Below, in pieces: positions 11,586 through 25,193 of a stretch of 64,000 nt of DNA. The stretch spans positions 1 to 64,000 of the forward strand of contig JAKMXF010000322.1 of assembly GCA_024704765.1 (NCBI GenBank), read 5' to 3'. The notes under the pieces are model-generated. The model made no database searches. It saw nothing but the letters and a program-made list of their open reading frames with translations, and had not been told where the DNA came from. A program made the position numbers and the translations under genes. The DNA is from Oopsacas minuta (taxonomy: Eukaryota; Animalia; Porifera). Numbering within the stretch: the first letter of the stretch is position 1; each line of letters opens with the position of its first letter.

Positions 11586-14500
11586 ATGGAGAAACCGAAA
11601 AGAAGATCTTCTGATTCGGACGCAGATCCTAAATTCATTTCTCCACCTCGGATATCTTCCCAGACAGCTCCGGCCAATCCGTTCTTCCTCCAATCAGCAC
11701 CTGTACCAGGAGGGGCTAATCCCTTCCAGAGGGCTAACAAGAATCTAAGACCCACAGGTGAGTTTATCAGCTACAAATTGTATAAATTTAACCGAATTTA
11801 TTGCTAGTTCGTACAACAAAGACGAGACAAGTACTGACGTCACCGAGACTATCTGTGCCAGACAAATGGAAACTTAAGGCAGAAGGATTTGATCCTCAGG
11901 ACTCTATCCTAGCTCATAAGATCAGACAGAAGGAGGGCTGTATTGTTCGGATATTTAGAGAGAAGGGGTATGCTTACTTGCTGTTTGATAGCGAGCAGAA
12001 GGCTAATGACTGTCTAGCAAGGGGGCTGACTATAGAAGGACATCCTAACTTAGTTCTGAGTAAAATACAGAGAGTAACTAAGAAGAGTGTCATGGAGAGA
12101 CTAGGTCAGCCTACTGTACAATTCTCCTCAGCAGTCCCAGATCCCAGAATGAGTGTTACTACAAGAGAGGACCATCCCAGAATGAGTGTTACCACCAGAG
12201 AGGAACAGCTGTTCTTGTTAGAGCAGAGAGACAATCAGCTGAGAGAACAGCTGAGACCCGGAGGAGACACCCTTAAGGGTAGCTGTGAAGACATGTGTCC
12301 TGAGAAAGAGAGGCTATGGAGAGAGGTAAGGACTCTATCTCTTCTAAATCTGTAATTATTGCCTCTCTAGGATCGTAGATGTCTAAGCAGCTACGAAATG
12401 CTACCGGGGGGAGAGTATAAGGTAGATCATACGGCCGCAGTAAAGGAATTCTCTAGAAGTGCTGCGGACAAGTCTCAGCCCCTACCCCACGAGCTGAGAA
12501 CAGAGTCTGCCCTAGAGAGGACAGTCCTATACCTCTGTCACAAGATTATGAGTTTCAAGCTCCAGTCTAAGGACTGGTACCAATTCCTGAGTAACAGACT
12601 GGAGGCTGTCAGACAAGATATAACTGTACAGCATTTGTGCTCACTACGTACTGCTAAGCTGATGGAATGCTGTGTCAGATTCCATGAATTGTGTGCTTTC
12701 CTTCTTCTTAACTCTCCGTTTGAACAACAAGATTTTGAGATGAATGATAATTCTCTGCGGTCTATCATAACACCTCTGCTACAAATGTACAAGGACCTGA
12801 GACTGGAGGGTGTCACCTGTCCTAACGAGACCCTATTCGTGTCTTACTCCTTAGTACTAGGAATACAAACTGAGAAGATAGCACAAGATCTACTACAGAT
12901 ACCAGATGAGGTCATATTATCCCCTCCAGTACAAAATGTGCTCAGAATATGGCGGGCAGTGGCGACAGAAGATTACGTTACATTTTTCAAACTCCTGCGA
13001 GGTGCTGAATTCCTAACAGCCTGTCTCCTGAACAGATTCGTTCCTAGAATGAGACTACAGGCTCTCAGACTAATAAACAAACAAACAAGTAAACAAGGAG
13101 ACACAATTGAAACTGAAACTATTACGAGACAGCTGTGTTTTGATGACGTCACTGAGTGTATAGATATATGCCTTCAATTAGAGTTACAATGTGACACAAC
13201 TAGTCTCTACTTAAATCCAGCTAAACAGGTACAATCAGCTGTTAAACAGCTGCCTCTATCTCTCATTCTACAGAAGAATACCCAAGAACTTGGAGAGGTC
13301 GTATATGGTGCTCCCCTGCCCCCTGTCTCCAGCTCAGACACCCCTAAAGATAACTGGGATAACCTGATAGATAGCTTAGCACAAACTGAGACATTACACA
13401 GTATTGATTATGTGCTGAATAGTTTAGTGGATGACGTTGCTAGAGAGGTGTTAAAACAACAACAAAGACAACAATTTATCGATCAGCTGAGTGGTGAGAT
13501 AGGTGTTAATATAATATATGAAGGAGTAGGAATATATCTACAAGAGGAGGTAGATAGAGAGCTGACAGAGAGATGTAAGATAAGAGACACTAAACTATTC
13601 ATAGAGAATTTTTCTAACACTCTCCTAGTCAGTATACAGCAAGATATAATGATAGATATTGTAACTACAGGGCTCACAGCTGAGAGCAATCATAGAGATC
13701 TGTTATACCGAGTAGTCAGTAGTATGACAGATAGTACATACTCAGGGATAGAGGATCAGCTGATTAGAGAGCTGGTGCTATCAGAGGCTGAGACAGGGAT
13801 ACAGGAGGCTAAAGAGAGAAGGAAGGTTAGACTGGAGCAGCAGAGGGTCCAGGTAGTTAATATGAGACTACGTAACGCTTGGAAACAGTGGAAAGATGTT
13901 ATAGCTATTAAAGAGAGGAAGAGGGACGTAATTAAGAAGTTCCCTAAAGTAGCACCTGATTGGATTGCACAGGATCTTTGGCGCTTAGGAAATGACACCA
14001 ATTTTGTATCACAAGCTGATAGAGAGAGGAAGAGCTCATGGCTCAGACAGGAGAGAGAGAAAGCTGAGTTAGAAAGGATCAGGCTATTAGCTCCCATAGA
14101 CATTCTTCTGTTGCTAGGGAAAATATTGGTTAGTAGGTCGGTAACTGATTGGTTGTTAGTCTTATTAGCAGCTGATGGATCAGCTGTTTGGCCAGTGGAT
14201 ATAATGACATCACTAACTACAGATACATATATCCTAGCTGATACTCAGAGTAACGGTATTAGAATTAGAGTTAAACTAATAAAGAGAGATTGTGCTATAA
14301 CAGAGATAAAAGGATGCTCAGCTGTTCTGCTGCTAGCTGGTGACGTCACGGTAAATAGAGATAGAATAGACATCTTATCTGATATGAGGACTAGTCCCCT
14401 GGTACCATTGGGGGTGCTACACACGAGGGAGGTCCCTAGCTTAAGCTACACGCCTCCTTGTGTGGGAAAGGTATGGGAATCTTGTATTAGTAAAGGTCTG

Positions 14501-15530
14501 TGTGTTAGAGGACGTAAGGAACTAGAGAGTACTCTAGTGTGGCTAGCAGAACACAGTCAGGCTACACCGTTACTTCACTGTAAGATACTCAGAGAGTATG
14601 TAGCAGATAGAATGTACACGTTATGCTTTAAACCAGCGGCTACTCACTCAGCAGAGAGGGAAAGGAAAGGAATAATAGGAACACGTCTGTCTAACATAGC
14701 TAGTCTATACTCAGCTGCTATTAGAGGGGTGAGAGAGGAACTGACTGGATGGAGGACTAGGCAAGTTAACTGGCCTGTTCATGGTGATAATATGTGGGAT
14801 TGGAATGAGGATAATCAGCTGACTAAAATAAACACCTGTTTAAACGAGTTGTCTATAGAATCAGACATAGAGGAGGTATTTATACAAAAGTATATGGATA
14901 TATCTACAGAATGTAATAACATACTATCTACACATGCACACAGGTAAATAACTACAATAATAATATGAAAGATATAATATTAATAGCTTGCTATAGATTG
15001 AAGAGATTGGGAATACCACTGTCTCCTCCGTGGGCAGATATCCTAGAGTCTATACTCAACACTAGAATGGAGTCTGTTAGATTCTCAGCTATTATTTGCT
15101 ATCAAAACACAAGCAAATATGACATAGAAATACCCTATGAATGGTCAGCTACACTGAGTGACGTCATCAACAGATCCGTGAGTATAGCGCCTAAACTCCG
15201 CCAGAAGTTAGTCCAATCAGATGACGAGAATAAAAGCAGGAAGAGAAGTATACAGGTTATTCAACCAATCAGTGAAGAGCCCGCCAGGAAATCAGCCCGG
15301 TAATGAGTTGTTAATGAATTAAAAATAGACTTATAATTAATTCTATTTTTAGACTGAATTTAGAGAAATCTCTCCTACAACTGGAGGGACTAATAACTGA
15401 AGAAATCAGCCAATCAGAACACATAAACACACTACTACAATATGAAGATGACGTCAGAGATACCATCTGTTGGGAGGACCAGCTGGCCTGGGTGGAAAAT
15501 GAAATAAATATTTTAAAAACCAGATTTTAG
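11586..15530 (+). CDS. MCM3AP: GANP / Sac3 family mRNA export factor (multi-exon)
   Basis: RRM-like segment, GSCEDMCPEKER, VKEFSRSAADK..PLPHELR and WYQFLSNRLEAVRQDITVQH (SAC3/GANP domain). Last exon ends at TAG 15528-15530. A 33-bp internal duplication lies at 12141-12205. Confidence 0.9.
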
Positions 15531-15611
15531 GACTATTAGATTGTGTCTAGAATAATAACTGATCAAAACAATAATACAAACATTCTCAGTCAATATATGC
15601 AACTGATAAAA

Positions 15612-17584
15612 TTATTGGTCTGACCAGAGGAAGCACCGTTTAGATCGCTCTGCTGTAAGGAAGTACCTGCCCGATGGATGCCACAGAGCAGCTGTCACCT
15701 CCTTCGTATGTTCACGGATTGAAGTTTCTAGTTTCGCCTTCGCAACGTTCCAAATAAAAACAGATCCGTCGACAGAACCTGCGGCTACGAATCGGCCGTC
15801 TGGAGAGAAGCAGGCCCGCGAATATTCCATACCAATTCTGAATCCGTCAGCCGTTAGGGTACCCACTACTTGATGCATTTTGAGGTCGATGAGACGGAGG
15901 GCATCGTCCTTGGAGCAGGAGAGCAGCTGAGACCCGTCCGGACTGAGAGAGAGAGAAGTTACTTTACCTTGTAGCAGCATTTCATTTGATCCCATATCTG
16001 ACCTGTAATGTATGTTAGTTAGCTATTTAGCTTTACCGAAAGAATAGTATTCCTACCTGGGGTCCCAGAAACGTATCTTCTTATCAGTATGTCCTGATAT
16101 AATACTATTCCCAGAGCTCTCCCCGGTAACCAAATCATTACAAGAGGATCCTACGAATATTGTCCGTATACAAGCCTTGCTCCTGAGGTCCCAGAGCTTC
16201 AGTGTTCTGTCGTGAGATCCAGAGATTACTTTATATTCCGGCATAAACCGGACCGCCATGGCCTTATTAGTGTGTCCTGTTAGTGACAGTTTAAGTCTGA
16301 GATCTGTAGTCGACCAGTAACGACAAGCAAAATCAGCACTAGAGGCTATTAAATGCTTTTCTTGAGAATCAAAGTCAATACATAGAATCCCAGCATTAGC
16401 TCCTCTTAACGTAGATCTATAAATAGCCATTAAACCTTAGAAATATTATTTATTATTTATTAATTACCTAACTTGAGCTCTTCCCTCTGCTACATCCCAT
16501 AACTTCACATATTTATCGTCTCCTCCCGTTGCCATGAGGTGACCAGTAGGAGAGAACTGTATAGCGGTAACACAACCGTCATGAGCGTCCCATTTATAAG
16601 AGGGCTTGCTGGGTACAAACGCACTCATGCAGAGAGGCATTTCTAGGTCCCGGGAGTTTACAGGAGTAGCAGATTTCTGGGAAATAGAGAAAGCTCTTAT
16701 TTTAATATTTTCTAGAAGGTTCTGGGGTCTGAATTCATTACTACCGTTACTCTTAGGTAGTGCTTGAGATCTATCTAGTGTACTTTTCAATAGCTCGTTC
16801 TCCTGGGCTAGAGATCTCATCTTGTTCTCTGTCTCATTCATAGTATTTATCCTATTAATATATCCAATAATTCTCCTGTAATAAAATAATCAGTGAATAT
16901 CTTACCTGTCTGCGTCACGTGACTTAACATCCATCCATCTAGTGATCAGCTCTTGATTATCCTTCTGTAATTGTCTGAGCTTATCCTCCAGAGAGCAGCA
17001 GGTCATCTGTAATGCTTGATACTCATCATTCATAGTTTGATTAATTCTTGACACCTCTTCTCTCTCTATCTCTCTCAAACGGAGTTTGTCCTGTAGATCC
17101 TGACTGGTAGATCTGAGACGGTTCAGTTGTTGATCCTTACTTTCCTGCTCCATTTTAAGTCTGTCAATTTCTTCCCGTGACTGTACCAGTTTATTTAAGC
17201 TCTCTTTCTCCTTAGATATCGCTTGATTAAGCTCCTCCTTTACTCCCATTAGTCTCTGATGTAAATTAGCCTACAAAGATAGTTCCAGTTTATAACCCCT
17301 ATAATATCTATAGTTTCAGTACTCACCTCTTTCCTAGAGTCTCCCTTCCCCTTAGCAGGGCTCTCAGCTGTAACATTCCTTAGATTCAGCTGTAGATCAC
17401 TAATGTCTAACTCTAGCTCTCTCTGTTTACGTCTAAGAGTGTCGTTAGATTCTATTAGCTTAGCGTGAGAGGTAATTAGCTCCTTATATGGGTGTGATTC
17501 CCGGATCGTCCGGTCCCTCAGTGATGTTAGGAGTCTCTGTATCTCCCCACTGGTAGGTCTCAGATTTAGACACTCAGTAGCCAT
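15612..17584 (-). CDS. ATG16L1: Autophagy protein ATG16-like (coiled coil plus WD40), multi-exon
   Basis: N-terminal helix (LRDRTIRESHPYKELI), coiled coil (LITRWMDVKSRDADR) and WD40 repeats (ISGSHDRTLKLWDLRSKAC, RACFSPDGRFVAAGSVDG). Confidence 0.93.
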
Positions 17585-17672
17585 GTGTATCTAGCATCTG
17601 AGCAAGGTGTGATATAAGAAATATATAAATTTATTCGATAATTTAATTATTAATATGTGTAAAATATAATAT

Positions 17673-18782
17673 CTAAGAATCAGGAGGTGACATTATTCTG
17701 CGATTTACAATAAGTTCGTGTACGCTAGTAATTATCTCTGACATAGACATCCCAGAGAATGACTGCCCTGTAGCGGCCTTCTTAGCGTCTATAATGTATC
17801 CGTAGAGCTCAGAGTCCGTTAACTCGGAATGCCAATTGGATAACTTCCTTATGAGCCGATTGTGTACATCCTCAGATCTAGAGGGGAACATCTGGGGGCC
17901 GTATCTGGGCTGGGCATATCCTGTATGTACTGGATCAGAGAAATTAGCACAAGGGAGATATACTTCTACGTCTGTGGGGAGATAGGGGATTGGTTCAGGG
18001 ACAGGGATAGGGATAGGGATAGGGATAGGACGTGTAGGAAGCTCTGAGTTAATTCTGGATAGTCCTGACAGAGGAAGACCCCTGTCTAACTGATCGAATT
18101 GGCTCTGATATTGCTCTGTAACTCTCTTAAGCAATTCTCTTACAGATTCAGTATGTGTTCTGAGCTGTAAGGTGTGCTGTGTATTCTTGGAGTTCATTTC
18201 TGTCCAATTAGATAGTCTGTCTAGCTCTATAAGCTCAGTAGTAATGCAATCTAAAGTTTTATTCCTATTAATCAGCAGTATCTTCTTCTCAGCAGATACA
18301 GCTCTCTCTGTAGCGGCTATTACTCGTCTCTCCGCTTCTTCACAAATCTTTATCTTCTCATCAAGCACACTCAGAGCTCTATCTTTCTATACATATCTAT
18401 GTTACATAACTGTTGCTATGATGGTAATGATATATTAACCTACACTTGTATCAGCTGTATGCTTCAGCTCTCTGAGGTTCTCGTTTTCAACCCTGAGGGT
18501 CTCTAGTTCCCTCATCGTCTGCTCCAGCTGGTCACTCTTTTGACTCAGCTCCCTCTTAACACTATCCACCTGCGCATCAAATGGCGTAACACTAGGAGAG
18601 GTGTTGTTAGGCGGATTGAAGGGAGGGGATTGTGGGTATAAATTAGATTGATTCTTAGGGAAGAAAGGGATAGCATTAAGAGACAGTTTGTGCGGTACTT
18701 CACTCGGTAAATCCTTAAATGTAACTCTCTTAGGTTGGTAATCCTGCTTGAGAGTTGATAGAGCATCTGCTAGTGATACCAT
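17673..18782 (-). CDS. Coiled-coil protein with a C-terminal helical domain resembling the DZIP3/TTC3/RNF214 pre-RING domain (2 exons, intron 18387-18443)
   Basis: Coiled-coil N-half, Pro-rich linker (PIPIPIPIP) and C-terminal LIRKLSNWHSELTDSELYGYIIDAKKAATGQSFSGMSMSEIITSVHELI. Family call is by recalled resemblance only. Confidence 0.6.
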
Positions 18783-18844
18783 GCTAATAGAGAATAACAT
18801 ACAACTAATATATGACCTCACTATTCTATCAATACAATACAGAG

Positions 18845-19756
18845 TTAATTGGTAATATCTTGTCCTGTGGTTAGTATAGACAGAGCTCTTTGCAGGAATG
18901 TTACAGCTGTTTTCACATCCTCGTATTGGATGGCGGACCTTGCATAACTGACATGTTCATCTAACCGTATCATAAGGTCTGATTGTATAGGTACACCAGA
19001 AGTAGACATCACTCTCCCCTCTGCAGATTCTATTACAGGCTGAGCCGGGGCAGGAACAGCTGCTGAATTAGAGGAAAAATTACATGGTTACCAATATGGT
19101 GTTTAGGAATGATAACTCACAAGAAATAGTCTGAGGGGCTACAGGAAGTGGGACAGTGTCCTCCTCAGGATTACCAGGTACAGGAGTCTCTCCAGTCTTC
19201 AAACAGCGAGACAGATAAACAGCTTTTACTTTAGAATATTTCTTCAGCTCCTCAGCTTTCATTGGTAAATCCCCGAATTGTCCGAGAACCTCAAATAGAG
19301 AGGAAGCCGTGTAGAAAGCTCTAATCACTGGTTTACCAAAGTTACACGACCTAGCAAATAACAGTAATTACATAGCAAAACATAACGTAGTAAAGTATGT
19401 ACCTATCTTGGCCATCTGCCCATGAGAATACTTTGATAGCAGCTGCCTCACAGTAGGCTTCTGCCACGATATCGTCAGATATCGCGTCAGTTTCTTCAAA
19501 CTTGCTAATTATAGCCTTTTTCCGAGCTTCAAGTTCTTCCATTTTCTGCAAAAGATAAGTCTTCCCTTCTTTCGTTTTACTAGCCGGCGTCTTTATCCCT
19601 CTCTGTATAGCATGCCTGACAAAATATGATTAATACACATATTATATATAAGCTTTGAAACACCTACATAGTGATCCAATAAGATAAAATAGGATCTCTT
19701 TCCTTGAATTCATCAGCTAGTTTTAAGTATGGGGTGAGTACTTTGAATTCAGTCAT
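18845..19756 (-). CDS. VTA1: Vps4 cofactor Vta1 (multi-exon)
   Basis: MTEFKVLTPYLKLADEFKERDPILSYW (MIT domain), RAFYTASSLFEVLGQFGDL, KYSKVKAVYLSRCLKTGETPVPG and C-terminal YARSAIQYEDVKTAVTFLQRAL. Confidence 0.92.
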
Positions 19757-19807
19757 GCTAATGTGTTAATACAAACAATAATAATATAATTTTAATATAG
19801 AAGTACA

Positions 19808-20095
19808 CTATTTATTGTGTCCTAATCCTATCTGCGATCCAATCCTATCTGTATAAGCGCGGGATATTAAGTTCCAAGAATCTGTGTATCTATCCATACA
19901 CAGCTCTAGACATCTCATCTCATATCTATCAAGAGAGGAGGACGGTTTAGTAATACATTTAGTGAAACATTTCTCAACCATCTTCTCGTATAACATTTGA
20001 AAGTTTTGTATAATCATTTGATCTCTCAGAGACTCCATTACTTTAGCTCGCTCAGCTGATCCCATGTTGTTAAGCGCACTAAGGTCGTCTGACAT
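19808..20095 (-). CDS. TIMM13: Mitochondrial small Tim chaperone Tim13 (single exon)
   Basis: Twin CX3C (CFTKC ... CLELC) and MDRYTDSWNLISRAY, which match Tim13 better than Tim8. Confidence 0.9.
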   Translation of the reverse strand: MSDDLSALNNMGSAERAKVMESLRDQMIIQNFQMLYEKMVEKCFTKCITKPSSSLDRYEMRCLELCMDRYTDSWNLISRAYTDRIGSQIGLGHNK

Positions 20096-20236
20096 TCCTA
20101 TTTGCTATTAGCGAAACTAAGTAAGCACTAGTTTAATAGTTGTTGGATAAACTCAAATAATTATATAGAACATAATTCCACACTTCTATAAAATCACTAG
20201 GTATATTACAGTCAAATAATAATACACACAAACATC

Positions 20237-23200
20237 TTAAGCAAGGTATATAAATGTGTTGATATTTTCCTCATCTCTTTGCATGTATTTGTGTTCTATC
20301 AGCCATTCTATTTGTTCCTTTATCATCTTCTTCTGAGGTAGGAACATGTTCTTTAGAATCTCTACCAGTTCTGTCTGGAGAGACGCGTTATTAACTGTCT
20401 TACGCATTTTTAATATCTTTACTATAGCTTCCTATACATACAATAGTAATAATACAATCAGCTGATTATATGTAATAAACAGATGATTACCTGTACTCTG
20501 AGTATACGTAACTGTACTATCCCCTCCTCTTCCTCCTTCTTAGCTTTCTCTGTTGTTAATATTAGTCTTCCTACCAAGGATAGCTTAGCGCGTTTCTGGA
20601 GCTTTCCCTGACGACTAGACGAGAGGTATGGAATGCTAAGAATATGCCATAAATATAATAAATAACTTACAATATTCCGAATTCCTGATTTATGAAGAAG
20701 TTAGTACTATTATCAAAATCTTTAGCATTCTTAACAGCTGGTGACATCTTTAACACCTGTAATTTCAGTTTAGCTGAGGCTACCAATGAGAATAGAGTTC
20801 TTCTCAGCTCTGTATCAGGCAGCTGTGTAGCTAATCTATAGTATAGTTATATAACATAGGTGTTAATAACTGGAACTAAGGGTAACTCACTTTAAACTCT
20901 CAAAAGATATCTGATCCTCTGGTCTCTGATTGAATGCGAATAGAATACTCATTTGAAATGTTGTTACCTCTAGCTCAAATGTACCAACAGCATTCTGGAA
21001 TGTAACCTACATACACTAATTAATCAGCTGATTACACAGATGTATTAACTTACCGTCCCGTTAGATAACAGGTGATGCCACTGTAGCTTCCTGCCTGAAT
21101 GAGATTTCTTATAAAACTCCTCTACAGATGGGATGTACTCGTCTAGCTCTGTCGGGAGAGCTACCGGAACATAATCCGACCCCCGCGACCAGGCAGCAGC
21201 ATTCAGTATCTTAATATTAACCGAATCTAGCAAATAGATAAATAAATTATTGCTACTCCCAAGCGTGTTCTTATCTACTGTACTTACCAGCTGTTGTAGG
21301 TTCCTGATCGTGTAGATTCTCCTTAAATCGCTGATTAAGATCTTCTGATACTTTTATATCTTGAAACATTCTAGCTAGCTTATTGACAAACTCTACCGGC
21401 ATTCCTATGTCCCTCAACCATTCTACCATGTTCTCTTCAAGCTCTGAGTCTACACTCATCTCAAGAATTAAGCGACGTGTCAAGTGAGACTTGTGGTATC
21501 TAAGGACAGGATTAATCAGCTGTTTAGGTGTTAAATAAAGATAACTCACTTCATGAACACATCTTTATTCTGTACATATTTCAGTACCAGCAGCTATATA
21601 CACATTACATAGAGTAGACACGTAGATAATACATTAAACATATTTATTACCAAATTCTTGAGTTTCTCTTCTATCTCCTGGGGTGTCATCTTCTTAGACA
21701 GAGGACTCTTCCTCAACAACTGATCACAGAATAGAGCTAGGAGTTCAGGACACTTGGACTCAGGAGCTGTCTTGTTAGTGGTAGCACGGCTAGTCGGTAG
21801 TTCCAGTTTAAACACTGTAGTATCATTAACTACCTTCTTATATGCTTTGTCACGTGAAGTCAGGAATCTAGTGTCACTATTGAATGCCTGAGCAACCAAT
21901 TTAGAGAACCTGTTAAATAGTTTGAGTAGTTCCTCCACGTACTTCTCAGGGTCCTAAACAAGGAATAAGTAATAGCTATTTGATAGCATAACTATACTAC
22001 AATACCGTTGTTATGGTATCAGCACACTGCCTCATATCGTCTAGCCCTGCTTGATATATGTAATCCTCTAGATGATTAAGGATAGCTGAAACAGCTCCGG
22101 GAACTCTGTCAATTAGCATAAACATCATACGGAGATCTGTAAACAAATAAACAAATAAATAACAACAAATATTCACATGTGACAAGTATGTGTACTTACA
22201 TTCTATATTGTTATCTGTTATTAGCTTCAGACACTCAGCAAGTATTTGATCTCTAAAAGAATCTACAAGACATCTCACTAGACATTCCTTCAGCTACGGA
22301 TATATTATGACGTCATAACTTCATTAACAGTACAATCTGCAACTCACCAATTCTACAGATTTAATAGACTTTACAGTTTCTAAGTACTGCTTTCCTCTCA
22401 GCTCTTCTTCTGCTAGCTTAGCGTCAGCCTGTTAATAGGATATAATCATATTCTAACACCTTATATATCACATTATAACATACATATTTAAGATAGTTAA
22501 GTACACCGTTAGAAGCTAAATAAGCAGAAGCATGAGCTTTATAATAATTGTCAGTAGACTCTAGATACTTCCTCTCAAAATGTTCCTTATATATCCTCAG
22601 AGGATCAGTGTGATCAGTTGACAGGTTCACTAACGATAAGTAAATAAATATCTATAAATAGCTACAGAGGGGGTAAGCTACATACCGTAAGATTCTCTGA
22701 CCCCTATGACCAGCTGTTTATCAAATGACTCCCCTGATCTTTCCATCTCAACTAGTCTCATAGCAGCTCCGTGTATTTTATCTCGTATAGAATGGAATAT
22801 ATTATCATTCCATTCCTGTAGCATTAGTTTATAAATCAGGGATTGATCGATATCCTTCTTCATAGTAGCTACAGCCATCTTATTCCTCATGGCATCCTCT
22901 ACTACTCTGAATGGTAGAGGAAGGTAGTTACACTGCTGGAAGAATCTAGTCCATTCTCTTATGTATGCAGCTAGCAGGCTAGCTTCATCATTGTTAGACA
23001 ATACACTCTATAGTGAATATGTTATAAATCAAGGTTGAAACCGATCGAACCGAATACTGAACTATTCGGTTGCAACCTTGCTAGAAATGTGTATATGTAT
23101 ATTATGTTACTATTTCACACCTCTTGGATCTGGTTAATGTGTTGCTTAATTAGTTGCCGCAGCTCGTCATGGATCTTATGAGCTCCTTTCTCATCCCAGT

Positions 23201-23397
23201 TACAAACATTGCTTATATCTCTAAACAACAAACAAACAATAAACACCTATTTGTAAACAAACAAACAAACAAACAACTAACTGGAATAGGTCCCACCACT
23301 CCTGCTTCTTGATGTTCTCCTGTCTCAGAACCTTCCCTGCTACTAGAGCTATGTTCTCCCATTTAGACTCAAACTTAATTCCTTCCTGATGAAACAT
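20237..23397 (-). CDS. CUL5: Cullin-5 (multi-exon)
   Basis: FESKWENIALVAGKVLRQENIKKQEWWDLF, ESKCPELLALFCDQLLRKSPLSKK, LNAAAWSRGS and HSGRKLQWHHLLSNG; C-terminal ENINTFIYLA*. Confidence 0.96.
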
Positions 23398-23509
23398 TAA
23401 TCTACGTGACAGATGAATTAGCATAATAAACTAAGCACTAATTAGGATAATAATAATTGCTATATTTAACAACAGAGTTCTATCACTAATAAAATATCTA
23501 ATTAGAATT

Positions 23510-23863
23510 CTATTTCTTCTCTGGCTCCACCCCAGGAGCAGGTTCCTGGCGGATGATATCAGAATCCCCCGGGTCAATAATCGACAGCATAGATACCCTA
23601 AAGTACTTCCCACAGGCTGTCCCTAGGTCGTTATTAGTCCCTAGATAAGGATGTACCCCTGTCTTGGCTAGCATAGCGTAGTACTCAACCTCACTCTTAC
23701 GTAAAGGGGGTGTATTGTCACTGATGATTACTAGCTTGCTTTTACCGTTCCTCAGAGACCTTAAGGACTGTTTGTACCCCAAGACACACTTCCCGCTCTT
23801 CATCACTAGACGGAGTCTTGTGTTGATAGATTCCATAGCTTTCTTAGAGCTCTTAGCTGCCAT
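23510..23863 (-). CDS. RPL30: 60S ribosomal protein L30 (eL30), single exon
   Basis: [24 protein letters not shown] ... [46 protein letters not shown]. Confidence 0.98.
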   Translation of the reverse strand: MAAKSSKKAMESINTRLRLVMKSGKCVLGYKQSLRSLRNGKSKLVIISDNTPPLRKSEVEYYAMLAKTGVHPYLGTNNDLGTACGKYFRVSMLSIIDPGDSDIIRQEPAPGVEPEKK

Positions 23864-23929
23864 TCCTAATGTATCTAATGGTAACTAAGGTATAATAAGC
23901 AAAATAATATACTAGCAAATAACTATGAA

Positions 23930-25144
23930 TTAGAATAAATCATAGAAATAATCTAATCCTTGTCCTAATTCCCACATTCCTATCCCTACAGATAATCTCT
24001 CTGCTAGACGAATCCTCGTCTGTATGGAGTTAAGACTTGGATATACTATTAGTCTAGGGTCTGTGGGGCTGTCTATCTGTATTATATGTTCTCCTGATTG
24101 CTCGTTCCATTCTATAGCAGGCTTAAGCTGTCTTAACTTATCAAGATACAGGTTACCGTCTAGAGGAACATGTCCCTGTCTAGAGAACTCGTTACCGAAT
24201 AGATTCACACCTATCAGGATCTTGTGTCTGAGCTCGTAATTAGGAGACAACTCATACACACACCCCTCTATCCAGGGGAGAGGGGAACTAGGTCCCGGTC
24301 TCTGTATAAGGGAGGGGTAGTCATACGTCATAATCAGGACAGAATCCAGTAGAGGATTAGTAGCAAGGAAGTGAGTAGAGTTATAAGGAGCAGGGTCTAT
24401 GGCCTCTGGATCTGGATTGGAGGGGGGTACTACCATACAGAGGTACAGATCCTTCTCCTCAAATCTATCCGACAGTATTTGTAAGAAGCCCATGAATTTA
24501 TAGAAATACTCAGATGGCATTTGTCTCCAGATCTCTAGCACAGCTCCGTGCATTTTGTAATGAGTGAGTAGATGAATGACGCCATCTACCATCTTATTCA
24601 TCCTATCTTCACTTCCATAAAAAGTGTCAAAATCATCAGCTGACCATCCGTCAAACAGGAACCTAGGAATAACCTTAAGGTCCGGATTAGACTTGTATAA
24701 TTTCCGTAACCATTTTTCTTTAATGTCATGTTTCCCTGATATATCTCCTGAAGGTGACAACTGGAACCAAACAGGAGATATATGTGTGAATTTATGACTG
24801 AAGGTTAGAGCTAGTTCGTAGCCTTTAGAATTCCAAGGAGTGACAAATACCAATGTCGTTTCCATGGATACGAATCGTATTTTAGCGTGCACATGAGAAT
24901 ATGTTTTATGATTACGTAACACGTCAGTATACTTGACATCCTCTCTAACCAAATTCCTATCTATCACAGTTGCATCCAGGGTAACAGGTGTATCAGCTGA
25001 TTTATCACATAGAGGGTCCCCGGGGGTACAGCTGTCCTTAGGGACAGGTTTCTTGCGGTCAGAGCGAGATAGAGTTTGATTGGTTAATGTAAGAAGAGAG
25101 GATAATAATAATAGCACAGCTAGGTAGCACCATAGAGACGCCAT
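23930..25144 (-). CDS. CHID1: Chitinase domain-containing protein 1 (GH18-like, inactive), single exon
   Basis: Signal peptide, FVTPWNSKGY, KFTHISPVWFQL, MTYDY, PGPSSPLPWIEGCV, KILIGVNLFG and GIGMWELGQGLDYFYDLF. Confidence 0.95.
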   Translation of the reverse strand: MASLWCYLAVLLLLSSLLTLTNQTLSRSDRKKPVPKDSCTPGDPLCDKSADTPVTLDATVIDRNLVREDVKYTDVLRNHKTYSHVHAKIRFVSMETTLVFVTPWNSKGYELALTFSHKFTHISPVWFQLSPSGDISGKHDIKEKWLRKLYKSNPDLKVIPRFLFDGWSADDFDTFYGSEDRMNKMVDGVIHLLTHYKMHGAVLEIWRQMPSEYFYKFMGFLQILSDRFEEKDLYLCMVVPPSNPDPEAIDPAPYNSTHFLATNPLLDSVLIMTYDYPSLIQRPGPSSPLPWIEGCVYELSPNYELRHKILIGVNLFGNEFSRQGHVPLDGNLYLDKLRQLKPAIEWNEQSGEHIIQIDSPTDPRLIVYPSLNSIQTRIRLAERLSVGIGMWELGQGLDYFYDLF

Positions 25145-25193
25145 GATATAAAAGGAATGCTAGAAATTTAATAGTTAAATATTCAAATAATAA

